Assembly: GCA_030141605.1 (NCBI GenBank)
Contig: JAQGDQ010000107.1
Location: forward strand, 248,001-312,000
Origin: Tubiluchus corallicola
Taxonomy: Eukaryota; Animalia; Priapulida
Reading direction: 5' to 3'
DNA: 64,000 nt
Part shown: piece after piece, positions 21,899 through 45,479 of the stretch
Position numbering within the stretch: position 1 is the stretch's first letter
How the letters are laid out: each line of letters starts with the position of its first letter
Notes under the pieces: model-generated
The model's input: only the letters and a program-made list of their open reading frames with translations
The model's database searches: none
Told to the model about the DNA's origin: nothing
Translations under genes and position numbers: made by a program

Positions 21899-23870
21899 TT
21901 GTAGTCTAAATAAAAATGTCATTAAGAAAATAATTTTAAAAAATGAGAGAAAACTAGCAGAAACACGAATAAACAGGTACGCAAGTAAGCGAATCAGCAC
22001 ACAAACAAACGAATCAATGCACGAAAAACAAATAACAGACAAAAAACAACAAACAAACAAATTTTCAATCTGTATGGCACAAGAAAAAAATCAAATAAAT
22101 ATGATTTGACGTTACTAACGTCTAACCTTATTTTTATAAGTGTTTTATCGTCTGCCTTCTGAAGTAATATAGTGGTAACTACTATAATTCACTGGTGCCA
22201 AGAGGTTTCAAATAAAAAAATGAAATGAAAATGTTAACGCGCAAATCTTATTCTGCTGAATCTGTGATACCTCACCAAATGTAAGGCAACGGAATTTCTA
22301 TGATGCTTGTTTTTCAGGCAAAACACACAAGTAGTTATTGAATATTGGCTACTGGACACATGTAAACAAAAGAAATTACAAAATTCACGATGATAGATCG
22401 AGTAATTATCTATATTTCACGTTAAAGCAAGTTTAAGCCATCAAGTACTGCCAACATGTAAAATCTAGTTTGCAACCAGCTTTCTCATGCTGAAAATGTT
22501 TACTTAAACTATTTCTGTTTTAAACCTAATCACAAAAAAACGTTACTTAAATATTTTTTTAAATTTACAATTCTTTAACACTAAAACTTTTCTGACAGCA
22601 CTTAGCAAAAAAAAACAACTCTTTTTAAAGTAATTTTTCTCTCTATTCACGTACAGCTATATTCTATCTTATTAATGTTGATTAACGAACATTCATTTGA
22701 ATCTTATAAGGTTCGGGAGCTGACACTAGGAAACCAAAATGTGGTTCTAAGCTCGGTTTAGGAGCACCAGGGGGTAGCTGAATGTCAAAGTTTTGCAGTA
22801 TGCTCGTGAAGTATAAAAACAGCTCCATTCTTGCCAAAGCTTCACCAAGACAGACACGTCGACCTAAACAAACAAAACTATTTTATAAAACTCTAGTGCG
22901 CCATAATAGGACTTGCACATGTTTTTCTCTTAATACTCTGCTGATACTAGTAAGTTCGTTTTGTCTTCTTTTGAACTGATTTTAAAATGATTCTTCATTT
23001 CATTTTGCAGTTACCGTTAATGGTTTTTATTGAAGCTGCAAAAGCCGTTTTTACAAACCTGCATGTTGCATTAGAACTTTCATTGATTAGGCCTATTTGC
23101 AAGCGGTTTTAGGCCGATAATTTCCATACTACTGAAAGTGGTAGAACGTATTCAGGATCTTTGGAAACATAAACAGAGTCTTACTTACATTCAAAGACTC
23201 ACATTCAAATCGCAAAGAATACAAAGGGCCCATTAAGACACAGAAGTTTTCGTTTTTCACAGGACCTTTGTTAGCTGTAAGGTAGAGATAAGGCACATTG
23301 TCTTATTTATGATTACGATAATGGGACGTCTCAGAAGAGCACTGTTTGATTTTACTTCTGTTCATGCTGCATGTGCATAACTGCAAAATTAAAAGTGTGT
23401 ACGATTTGGTAGCATTGTGACATTATTTAGTTAAATTGCTAATGGACTAAATAACTATTCTATATTGTGGTATTATTTTTACTGACGGTGATCAAGTTCA
23501 GTTACATGACTAACTACCTTTCAGGAATTTGTGATTGCCTGTCCTATAAAAATGCCTTTCTAGTGGGCTATACCCGTGTCCCTCTGGCAAGATTGAAACT
23601 CCCTTTGTGTTTTCGAATGAGAGCCAAGGCGAGCATTATATAGACATAAAACACTTTTTGATATGTTGGCTTGATTTGTTGGAGATTTGTCTTCAACACT
23701 GTCCTATAAGAAAATGTCTTCCTTGTTGGCTATACCTATGTCCTTTTAACAAGATTCAAATTCCCTTTGTGAGTTTGTACGAGAGCGCAGATGAGCATTA
23801 TATATGTATACATACATATATATAATGTATACATATATATATGTTTACATTATATATATGTATAATAGGA

Positions 23871-23905
<35 letters not shown>

Positions 23906-24061
23906 ACACTTTTTTAGAAAAATGGGCTAGATGTGTTGGAGGTTAGTGGCATGCAATGGTGGACGCATCACATTGCCTAACCAGGTGTTAATGTGTAACA
24001 AAAGGTATGCTGCTTCCAAGTAATAAAATGTCTATAACCAAAACATTGCTCTACTTTGTGT

Positions 24062-24135
24062 CAGGTGTCTGTGTGGTTACAACACCTGAAAGCCAATCCA
24101 GAGGTTCTTGGTTCGAATCCAAGTTTCAACACCTG
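24062..24135 (+). mobile_element. tRNA-derived SINE head or tRNA pseudogene
   Basis: B-box GGTTCGAATCC inside the T-stem cttgg..ccaag, with an A-box-like tgtggtta upstream. It does not form a convincing full cloverleaf. Confidence 0.45.
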
Positions 24136-25669
24136 TGCAAACTCTGATCACCTTTCTAGCCTTACTCAAACTTAACCGATAATTGGTTATGTATTGGTGA
24201 AAGAAAAAAAGGTCTATCTGCCTGTCCTTCCCTTCTGATGAGGTTTTGTAAATAGATGCTATAACCATCTATCCCACACCCCCTCCATTAGAAGGTTTTC
24301 TTTTTCTTCTTCTTTCTCTATGTGTAAAATAAATCTCACCAACTGAAAATGGAATTACTGCATCATTCTTTACAAACTCTCCTTTGTCGTTCAAATGGCG
24401 TTCAGGACGGAAGTGATTAGGTTCCGGAAACATGACCGGATCCTGATGGATGGCAGTCAAGTTCAACATTACAGTCGTACGAGCTGGTATTCTGTAGCCT
24501 TGAAACGTCACCTCTTTTGAAGTGGAATGTGGTACTCCAAGTGGTACAATGTTTCCTGAAAATGTGTTGAAAATACTACTTTCAAAAGACCAAAAATTGC
24601 AGGCCATCACAAATGACTAGTATCATGTTGCTTTAGCTCTGGATGTAAATACGAAACAACATTTTAAAAGCCTTTTTGTAAGTTCTATGATATAAGCTAC
24701 ATATATATGGAAAAAAGTGCCATGGAAAAAATTAGAAAATTAGGATGATAGTAGCAATGAATGTTAATATAGTTTGTAAATCATCAGTATGGTCAACAAA
24801 AAATTTCTTATTTTTGCCAACACTTTCATTACCCATTCTTTGTATTTCAGTTAAAGTTGCTTCCGTGAAAGGCATGTTTGGTTTGTCGGCTACAGATGGC
24901 AGCCTTGATTTTCCAATGACGTCATCAATTTCTTTCTGCACGCGTTTCTGTACATCGGGATAATGCAGCAAGTAAATAAACGCCCAATAAAGTGTTGATG
25001 ACGTGGTTTCGGTTCCAGCAAAGAAACAGTCTGCTGCAACCCACATAAGCTCACTAACTGAAAAAAAGTTAAATACTTACTATTTTAACAGATTTGGCAC
25101 CCATTATTGCAAAAAATCAATAATTTGTATTTTACTGAATTTATCTATTAGTGTCACAATAATTAAGTGTTTCGAGTGATTTTTCGAAGTTGTTAATATG
25201 CTAGAACCCTTTTAACATGCTAAAAGAGGCAGAGAAAAGGGAAGTGAGCTAACCTGGAACTCTGTCACGTCAAATCGCCCCATATTTAAGATATTTCAAG
25301 GTTTAGTTGTGAATTTATATGAACAATAATTGATTAAATAACCTTGCATCTCGACTTTTGAATTAAAAGTCTCTGATATTTTGTTTGATTTTTTTCTTGT
25401 AAACACATTTCTTTAGTGTCAGAATTGAAAATGAAGAAGCCATCTCATCTCAACTCGGGTTTAACTCATTTCTCTTCTGATCATGTCAGAAATCTTATTT
25501 TACTGCTACAACGTCATTAAAATTGATTACACTTATTAAAAATTTGACTTCAAGTGCTTTTTGAAATTGCTTTTCCACGTTTACTTATTTCTACTCTAAA
25601 CTGTGTCGTTTGCACGATTCTCGTCCTTTGTCAACATGGTTGCAACCAAAATTAAAGCAAAACAGGATC

Positions 25670-26250
25670 CAATCTTAAACTGTAGGTCAAAACAATCAAC
25701 TCTTTCAAATATTGAAAGGAAACATACTATTTTTTCAAAAATGACTTACGTGAAAGAATTATTACCACACAAACACAATTTCATGTTCGTACCACTAGTT
25801 CTTCGCTGTTACAGGCCTTTCGCCTTTCGCTAGTTAAACGGGCATTAGCACCTGCATTTGGGAAACGCATTGCACAAAAAACGGGTGCTGTACCTCTCAG
25901 TTCAAATGTGCTAGTCTGTGACAAACGTACACCGTTTCGAAAGCTCATACGTGATCACAGCGGTATATTTGAAATTTGAATTTTTATCTTAAAACTTGCT
26001 GAATATTTTACAGTAGCATTGTACTTCAATTTTTGCTTTCGCAAACACGTGCAACACACTCGTGGAATATTTTTGTTGTTGAAAATTATGTTAATTTGTG
26101 ATGTCATGAATAGTTGGGCTCGCCTGCCGTTAATTAAGTTTGTAATCTATTATTTAATTATCAGAAATGCGTTTGTAGTATTAATTGTCTAAAAATGTGT
26201 ACTTTTTATCAGTGTTGAAAATGGGGTAGTATATGAAAAATCGTCCTGTC
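25670..26250. mobile_element. dispersed repeat / non-autonomous element, copy 2
   Basis: Colinear homolog of 11270-11900. Confidence 0.75.
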
Positions 26251-26548
26251 TTGCTTACTCAGAGAGGTACAAAACAGCTCAAAAAAGCTTAGAGACATTA
26301 TAATCAAAAGCCAATGTAAAAATTTTGTCACCATTACAGTTAGAGTACAATATTAGGTTACTGGAATGGATTTGGAATTAATACAATGGATTTTCATTAA
26401 ATAAGAGAAACAAAGTCATCTGGATTGTACGTTTTCGTGTGTTCGTCCACATGGCTTTTTATAAAGTCCATAATGTGAAATTCATTTTCCATGAACTTCT
26501 TGTATCTGAAATAATGATGACTAAGCAGTTAATTTCTAGGAAAGCTGA

Positions 26549-27328
26549 GGCCCATTTCACAGTGAAGACGCGCAACAGAATGCCTAGAGGAGAAATTCTT
26601 TGAGGAATTCCTCGCGAAAATGAAACACATTGTTTTCTATGGCGCCTTTCACAGTGAGGACGCGCAGCAAAATTCCTCGTGCAATTCCTCTTGGGGAATT
26701 CTGCTGCCAGCTAGCAGCTATGCGTCCTCCTCGTAAGGAATTTTGCCTGTATGTTCCATTTTCTTGAAGAATTCTCGTAGAATTCAGTCTTTAATTTAAC
26801 TACTTTGTTAATTGTTTCTTATTTAACGAACAACAATTAACACGTTTCAGCAGATTTAATTTCTAAGATTTAATTTCTCCTTTAACAGACTGACGATTTT
26901 GTGTTTTTTTAATGCAACATCGATGGCTATATTCGTAAAAACAAAAATAACGAATATATTTATGTTATACTGTACATGTATATTTTTAGATTTTGAAGTC
27001 ATTAGTAAAACTTTACTAAAAACAAACAGGTGTAAAAATACTTTGATTAATAAATACTTTTGCTAATTGTACTTTGCATATGAGAAATTCGGTAAGCAAA
27101 ACTTAATTTAAACATGATTATACAGTATAAAACTTGCGAAGTAGTTGCAGTTAAGTTGAGTTAACTGCGCGTGCGGAAAAAACCGCGCAATTTCACTGTG
27201 AAATGAACTACCTTGCTGCATGTAAATGGGATTTCGAGAAAAATTGGAAATTTTCATAAATATTTTCTGATTTTCTGACAGCAGTTCCGTACGTCATTTT
27301 TCTTTGCGTCCTCGCTGTGAAATGAGCT
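26549..27328. mobile_element. PIF/Harbinger-like MITE
   Basis: TIRs ggcccatttcacagtgaagacgc and gcgtcctcgctgtgaaatgagct, with an internal sub-terminal copy at about 26641. The flanks tga/tta resemble a TWA TSD. Confidence 0.65.
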
Positions 27329-30045
27329 TTACTGAACAAATAACTCGAAGTATTTTTACTTTTTCAACACCACTGATTGAAATGAAGGCATTCGGTTTTT
27401 ACTTATATGCATAAGAAAAGAACAGAGTCAAAATCGCTGTTTATCAATCTTTAACACGTAACAGATAATACACGTAATAATCAATGTTCCCAAACATTTA
27501 AACGCCAATCAACACTATTTATATTTATGTTGTTGAATTTAGCGTTAATAGACTATCATGTAGGTAAATATTCTGACCAAAGTCCATAACCTAGTAGCCT
27601 TTGATCTACAAAGAGTAACCAGTGGCTTAATGGTCTGGAGATCTATTTTTGTTGAAAAGAAGCTCTCTATTTCCACAAAATATATTGTTGTTTTATTTTT
27701 AGCCTAGTGCGGCCGCGGCAGGATTCAAGGCCAGGCACACAAACGAACAGGGTGACTTTTAAACATCAAGAATTAAATGGTATTAATAATCACTGGCTTA
27801 TTGTAAGAGCATGTAAGAACGGACACTCTACGCGCATAAAGAAATTGATAACTGGTAACACATGTCAAAAATTAACAATGTTCTAAAGTTAACCGTAACT
27901 AAATTTGTAACAATTACCGGATTTCTATAAATTGGACATCTGGTAACAAAGAGAGTAAATGCTAAGGTTGACGCTAGAACACAGAAGAGCTGTATTGGCA
28001 ACGAATATTTGCGCAAATGTGTTACCATTCGGGGATTGGCTTTTTTGGTGATCAATCGACAATCGACTAGTAATCAATTACCAATCAGTCTCTGCCACCT
28101 CACGAACAAAGGAACAACTTTAGATGAAACCAAACTACTCGAATAAGAAGAAATATGTGAGCCTACTACACCAAAAAATCAGTAGTTTCAGTGTAATAAA
28201 TTACTGATTGTTAAACAAAAATGCCAAAAAATGCTCAAAATGGCCAATAGCGCTTCATGAATGAGATTGTTTCCTAATTTAGCTACAACAGGTTTTGCAC
28301 GATGAGTAAGATCGTCTGACCCACCTTGATCTAAATCCTGGGAGATACCTCAGCCACGGAAAGACATCAATAAACCCAGTAATGTCAGGATTTTGGACAT
28401 CTTGAGCAATGTAGTCCATTAACTTGATAAATGCCGAGTCATCGTATTCGTAACGGTTTCCAAATACTATGGAACATATGACATTTGAAATTGTATTTGA
28501 AAGATATAGTTTAGGATCGAAAGGTTTGCCTTCCTTATCCTTTAGCTCGTTCAGAAAGGCTGATATTTCTTCTTTTATCTTCTTCTCCAAGCTAATCTTT
28601 CCCATTCCAAACTCTTTGAGTTTACTCAGAGCAAATTTTCTCTGTTCTTTCCATCGTCTTCCTTCTGACATCACAAGCCCTGTAATCCAAAAGTGCAACA
28701 TTAGGGCCTGTTCACACTTACATGATGAAATAACTTTGCAAACAATGTTACAGTAATTTCTTGCTTTTCACTGTCCAGTGTTTATTGTTTAGTCTCTTTG
28801 GATTGTAGTTTCTTATTAGATGTTTAAGTTGCATAACAGGATAACAGGATCTAGCAATAATGTTGTTCACAATCTATGTTGCAAAATCAATCAACCAACC
28901 AATATCCCTGAATTATTGGGTCGTAATATTGAATTATTGACTTTCTTCGAAAGAATTTAGTGATTAAGTTTTAGGTATACGGCTAGCAAAATTACCTGAA
29001 GCGTCCACGTCCAATGAAGCAAATAGTTGCATACCTGTATTACACAATGCTTCATTGTTTGCAGTACTATTCTCGAATAGTCATAGGTCATCTATTTCAC
29101 ATTACACATTTACAATAGTTTCATGTACAATATCTAGTGAAAGAGCTTACAATGAACATAATACAAATAAGAAATACTGCACAGGAAAAGCCTCATACAC
29201 CGTTCACTTATATACGAAGGTAAATGTGTTGAGGACAATCAAAATGCAGGGCTTGTTAGATTGTCCCACACAGTGATAGAAAAAAAGTAATGGAGATAAT
29301 CTGAAAATTTAAAGTGAATCGTGATTAAAAAAACATTAGTGCTTAAAATGGAATGCTGTAATGAATCAAGCTGATATATATAGGATGATATAAAAGATAG
29401 AAAGACTATTATTTGTTAATAGTATGTAAAATTAAGATAACTTCATTAAGCTAACACAACTGTTTTGCAACTACTGTGAGGATGGAATTTGTGTAACTTC
29501 CCCACCATACTCGTTTGCTAACTTGGATGGATTTATAAACTACATAAGTTAACATACCAAAATTTTCAAGCTTTTTTGCAAAGGTCTCTGATATTTTAAA
29601 TCACTTGTTCAAGATCAAAGAAATCTTGGCTTTTTGAATATATAAATTAGACATTAAGAAAGCGGTTCTTTAAAAACACAACTACAAATGCTATATGATC
29701 GCAGTACTTACCACGCATTTCATCGTCTCCCATAATTTCACCGATTGTAAAACTTTCGAACCTTCCAGAAAATACATCTCCATGTTTCAGAAAAGCTTCA
29801 CGACCCGTTTCAAAATCGTTGATGACCACGTTGAAAGTTGGTCCTATGTACAGCCCGAAAATGTTGCCATACCGTTTTGTGAGCTTTTCAAAATACGCGG
29901 TTGGGTCCTTTCCCATTGAGAACATCGAACCAACGATGGGCCAGCCCACAGGGCCCGGCGGTGCCCCTTCGGGACGTTTCTTCCACTGCCATACAAATAG
30001 TAACAAAATGAGCAAAACTGCCGCGATGAGCAACGTTGGAAACAT

Positions 30046-30384
30046 TGTTATTGCTGATAACAAAACAGAATTTTTATATTGCAGTTTCAGAGTAGCGAAC
30101 CTAACTCCAGTTGGCAAGCAGAGCTGTCTATTTCGTATAGCGTGCTGGCTGTGGAACCAGGAGTCCGTATTATGTTTACTAATGTAAATAAGTTCCAAAT
30201 CAATAAACGCCACTCAAGGCCATTTACCCAGGAATGCGCAGTAGGTACTAGCGCAGTTTCTAGGGTCTTATAATCGAGATAGTACAGTATTTACAAAGCT
30301 GCGTCACGTGGTCGACGCCTTCCGTGTGTATGTATGTATGTATGTGTGTATGAATATTTTAACATAAAAAATTATTTTACCGTC
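30046..30384. promoter_or_regulatory. putative bidirectional promoter between CYP-B and CYP-C
   Basis: 339 bp between divergent ATGs. It contains TTATAA (~30269), an E-box CACGTG (~30305) and an XRE-like TAGCGTG (30138-30144). Confidence 0.6.
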
Positions 30385-40925
<10,541 letters not shown>

Positions 40926-40934
40926 GAAACTATA

Positions 40935-40996
40935 AACACGCACGCATACGTACGCACACGTACGCACACACGCACACACACACACGTATGCATGCA

Positions 40997-41036
<40 letters not shown>

Positions 41037-41172
41037 CACACATGCACACACATGCACACACACACACACACACACACGCATGCACACACACACACACACA
41101 CACACGTATGCACGCACGCACACACACACACACGCACGCACTCACGCATGCACACGCATGCACACACACACA

Positions 41173-41204
<32 letters not shown>

Positions 41205-41207
41205 CAA
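40935..41207. repeat. (CA)n/(CACG)n microsatellite directly after the CYP-C stop codon
   Basis: Visible alternating purine-pyrimidine tract. Confidence 0.95.
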
Positions 41208-41616
41208 CAGTTTTAAGCATGCTATAAGCCTACTTGTGAATAACATTATGAATATTATGAATAACATACTTTTAATAAAGCTGTATATAATGGATGTGAA
41301 TAAAATTACTTTTAACCAATTTTTGAACATCGTTTGTGAGTTGCCACTAACAATATTAATTTAATTTTTTATGGTTTTAAATATGGTGAAGTTCTACAAA
41401 CGTTCTCTGTCAAGTCTTGAAGGAAACCATTTACTTGCTAACTGAACATTTTGTATCATACGTACACAACTCTTGATCCAAATTAAATCTGACAAACTAT
41501 TCAGCAAAAGCATAACTGTGCAACATTAGATTTCTTTCGAGTCATTAACCTTGCAAGATGCTGATGAAAATAGTTCATGAAGACCCATTTTGTATCGGTA
41601 TGTAATTGAGTACTTA

Positions 41617-41989
41617 CAGGCCCTATTTTAGGGGGGGGGGTTAAGTGGGGACAATTCCCCGGGGCCTCACCCTCCAGGGGGCCTGATGCCAAGGTAACAT
41701 TTTTTTGCTTTATGCGAACATACTTCCTCCGCTCCCCCCTCTCTCTCTCTTGCCGCACGCGCGCCGTTTGCCAGTATTGACAAGTATTAAGGACTGGTTT
41801 TGAGAATAAAGCAGTTTTTCTTTCAATTGTTCTTTCCTTTAACAACTGTGTAACTCCATGTTTTCTCTTCGAAAATGCTTCTCCGGCGTTCTAGCAGTTC
41901 AAAATTTTTCTGGGCGCTTTGCCCTCCCCCTCGAGGGGGCCTCACACGCCCCACTTTCCCGGGCCTCTCTTAAGCTGAAAGAGGCCCTG
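41617..41989. mobile_element. hAT-type MITE
   Basis: Imperfect TIRs caggccctatttta / ctgaaagaggccctg and a perfect 8-bp TSD agtactta (41609-41616, 41990-41997). Confidence 0.85.
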
Positions 41990-42123
41990 AGTACTTAACT
42001 ACAAATGTTACTTTTAATTATAAATGTTATGCTAATTAATTAAGCTAATATCTGTGAACTAATACCAGATACCTGTTATAGCATGTCATTTAACTCTCAC
42101 AATATAAAACACAAAAATTACAC

Positions 42124-42399
42124 TGTACGGAGTTTATTACCAGCACTTATAGGGGAACAAAATACACACACAAAAAATAGCTAAGTAACAGCACTACGCC
42201 CGAGGAGCAGCTGTGTCACAAATCAAGGCTCTAGTGACCTCTACACGCTTTTTTACTGGCATTCCAGGGCTGCTGGCTTCTTCCACCACGTGTAGGCCCA
42301 AACAAGACGTCTGGACCTACAAAAAAGGGGTGAGTCGCTGCTGACGTGAAAGCAGGGCGTGTAGAGGGCCCTACACCCGACACAGGTGCCTCTGTAACA
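42124..42399 (-). mobile_element. probable solo LTR abutting the 5S array
   Basis: On the minus strand it reads TGTTACA..TATAAG..AATAAACTCCGTACA (TG..CA ends, TATA-like motif, polyA signal) and is GC-richer than its flanks. No TSD found. Confidence 0.55.
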
Positions 42400-43104
42400 T
42401 TATACATGAACGAGCAAACCTTCTTAGTATTGTAATGCAAAGTATAAATAAAAATATCACATGAAATTATAAAGTATCGGGGAGGTTCAAATACCGTGCT
42501 CAAGTATATTATCTTTTAAATATGACGCAATTAAACATGGGAATGATCAAGCATGAACAAGCAAAAAGAATACACATTTAAAAATATCAGTCAGAACAAA
42601 AATCCATTTTTGAGTGGTGCAGAAGATTTTACAGCATTTGTCATCACCCTTCCTGACCATTTAAAAAAAATTTAAGCACCAAGTTAAGAAGTTAGCAATA
42701 CCAGAATTCCCGGACAGTCACCCATTCAAACGCAAAACCAGGTTCGAGATTGCTTAACTTCTGCATTTCGTTAAAGAGAGATAATATAGAAATAATAGAT
42801 AGATTAAGGTGAACGTAGGAACAAAGTATCTGTTTTGAATTTTTATATGAAAATCAAAAATAATTTTTGAAGGGCAGTGGCTGATTTTCTAGTTTTATTT
42901 TCATTTTTGTTCACTTTGTGTGATATTCGAGAAACGTAACAAATAGATAGTCTTTCACATTAAAATGCCAAAAAAAATCAACGTAATGTCGAGACAGACA
43001 TTTATTTCCACCACTTCAACTTCCAAAAATCAAAAACAATACTGTCAAAATGATATGGTCGTGTTGTGCACACACTTTGATTGTTAATAATCACTCTAGC
43101 AAAA

Positions 43105-43224
43105 AAGTCTACAGCACGTGGTATTCCTAGGCGGTCCCCTATCCAAGTACTAACCACACTCTGCATTGCTTAACTTCGGTGATCAGACGAGAACCGGTGT
43201 ATTCAATGTAATATGGCCGTAGAC
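43105..43224 (-). rRNA. 5S rRNA: 5S rRNA gene
   Basis: 120 nt, GTCTACGGCCATAT..GATCACCGAAGTTAAGC..GGTTAGTACTTGGAT..GTGCTGTAGACTT, followed by a T-run terminator. It has C-box variants. Confidence 0.93.
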
Positions 43225-43869
43225 ATTAGCAGTTTCTTAAGATGAGTTAACATAGAAATGATGTACATGAATAAACAAACCTTTTTAGTATTTTAATGCA
43301 AAGTATAAATAGAAATATCATATGAAATTCTAAAATATCAGAGATGTTAAAATACCGTGCTCAAGTCTATTACCTTCTAAATATGACATAATTAAACATG
43401 GGAATGATCAAGCATGAACAAGCAAAGAGATCCTTCATTTAAAAATATCAGTCAGAACAAAAATCCATTTTTGAGTGTTGAAGAAGATTTTACAGCTTTT
43501 GTCATCAGCCTTCCTGACCATTTAAAAAAATGTCAGTCCCGGGCAGTCACCCATTCAAACGCAAAACCAAACCAGGTTCGAGGTTGCGTAACTTCTGTAT
43601 TTCGTTAAAAGAGATAATATAGAAATAATAGATAGATTAAGGTGAACGTAGTAACAAAGTATCTGTTTTGAATTTTTGTGTGTAGTATTTGAGAAACGTA
43701 ACAAATAGATAGTTTTAGACATTAAAATGCAAAGCAAATAAAAATCAAAATAATGTTCAGACAGACACTTATTCCTATCACTTCTACTTCCAAAAGTCAG
43801 AAACAATTCTGCAAAAATGAAATGGTCGTGTTGTGCACACACTTCAATAGTTAATAGGCACTAGCAAAA

Positions 43870-43990
43870 AAGTCAACAGCACGTAGTATTCCTAGGCGGT
43901 CACCCATCCAAGTACTAACCAGGGTCTCTACATTACTTAACTTTGGGGATCAGACGAAAACCGGTGTTTTCAACGTGATTTGGCTGTAGC
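43870..43990 (-). pseudogene. divergent 5S rRNA copy
   Basis: Full-length 5S homolog with many substitutions and no upstream spacer. Confidence 0.8.
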
Positions 43991-44699
43991 TTGCTCGGCA
44001 CAGCACAAGTAGTATTTATAGTATTCATAATCTAGTAAAACCAGGTGTACGATAAAACAGCATTGGATTAGAGAGTTGTCTTCGCTGCCATCATATATTC
44101 CTATGAGAAAAATACAAATGAGAAATGTGTTACGTTTGACCATTTTCCAAGTTAATGGGACATGCTAAACCGATAAGAACTGGAATTAACTAATTTACTA
44201 GTAATAATTAACAACGAATAGCAGTCTTACTAGGAGATTCTGTAGCGTGTACATCTTGACTGTACGTGATTAGTTTTTGAGTACATCTTGTACAACTTGT
44301 AAAGCTCTCAACTGAAATAACTATTATAGTAAATCAAGCAATCATTGGCAAATTCAAAATGATAATTGCTGCAGTTTGCAATATTTGATTTGACTCCTTG
44401 GGCTTTTACCCATTATTTCTCAGATGCATACCTTTCGTCTCCGCTAGTGAGTGACCAAATGTGAGGTTATGCAAGACCTTGGAGTAACTTGGATCAACTT
44501 TTCATCGATTATGTCATTGCATGTCACATTACAATTTCGTGATTCTTGAAGATTACACTATTTGTATGTTTTGTGTCATTTTGTCTGTTTATCTATTTGT
44601 GTTTTTATTTCTTCGTAGCTTGAATATTGATTTTGTCTTAATTGTCTGCAGATAAATCACACAAATAAATAAGTAATTGTAAGTTTTTTAAATTATTTA

Positions 44700-44900
44700 C
44701 TGAATGAGTGAACGAATGACTGACTGACTGACTGACTGACTGACCGACCGACCGACTGACCGACCGACCGACCGACCGACCGACCGACCGAATGACTGAC
44801 TGACTGACTGACTGACTGACTGACTGACTGACTGACTGACTGACTGACTGACTGACTGACTGACTGACTGACTGACTAACTGAATAAATGAATGAATGAT
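44700..44900. repeat. (GACT)n/(GACC)n microsatellite
   Basis: Visible tandem tetramers. Confidence 0.95.
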
Positions 44901-45479
44901 TGTGTGTGAATAAACGATTGAGTGAATTAATAAACAAACTAGCAAAGGCCCCGCAAAAAAATTTTGCTTATAAATCCACTCATAATCAAATATGCGCAAA
45001 CATTCTACCTAGTGTTTGTCTGTTTATCTAACGCAAAGCCAGAAGCTTTTACTGAATTAAAGTTACAGGCAGAGTATAATGGATGACGTCACAACAATGG
45101 CTTTGCGTCAGCAGTTTTCCAAGCGAAAATTGCCAAAAATAGAACATCTAATTAAGTCGTCGTCACTGCTCTTGATGGACGTGTCCTAATATAGCCCACA
45201 TCATCGTATAGCCCTGTTCTTCCCCTTTCTAAAGAGCTGTATATCTCCCTTCGAGAGTCCCACCAGGTGCCGTCAGAACGTTTTTTTCTGCAGGCTGTTT
45301 GAGCAAAAAAATTTCAAAAAAATCACTGGTAATATTTGTTATTTTAGTGTTTCATGGGAGTGGTAAAGTACGTTATAATTGCCGAGGAATGTATAAAAGT
45401 TAAATAACTGTTATATTATATGAAAATATAATGGTAAATAACCAAATTTAATATTAATTATATTTTGTTTTTAATAAAG

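Larger units (their letters stand above)
22682..30045 (-). pseudogene. cytochrome P450 clan 2, CYP-B, probably disrupted; exons 30045-29712, 28679-28325, 26505-(broken ~26410), 25057-24833, 24555-24340, 22863-22682
   Basis: Exons 1, 2, 4, 5 and 6 are open and show PPGPVGWP, WKEQRKF, FAGTETTS, EIQR, FRPERHL and FSVGRRVCLG. Exon 3 matches its paralogs only up to ..HTKTYNPDD, then reads FVSLI* (TAA at 26399-26397). No phase-1 donor occurs before the stop. Confidence 0.75.
42400..43990 (-). repeat. 5S rDNA tandem array, left block
   Basis: Two spacer copies and two 5S genes, homologous to the units at 52200-57470. Confidence 0.92.

Noticed and set aside
24062-24135. Functional tRNA gene
   Set aside because: Only the T-arm/B-box is convincing; the D and anticodon arms do not fold properly.
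25340-25420. Possible displaced 3' half of CYP-B exon 3
   Set aside because: The resemblance (gacactaaaga.., VYKKKIK) is weak, needs frameshifts and is within chance for AT-rich DNA.
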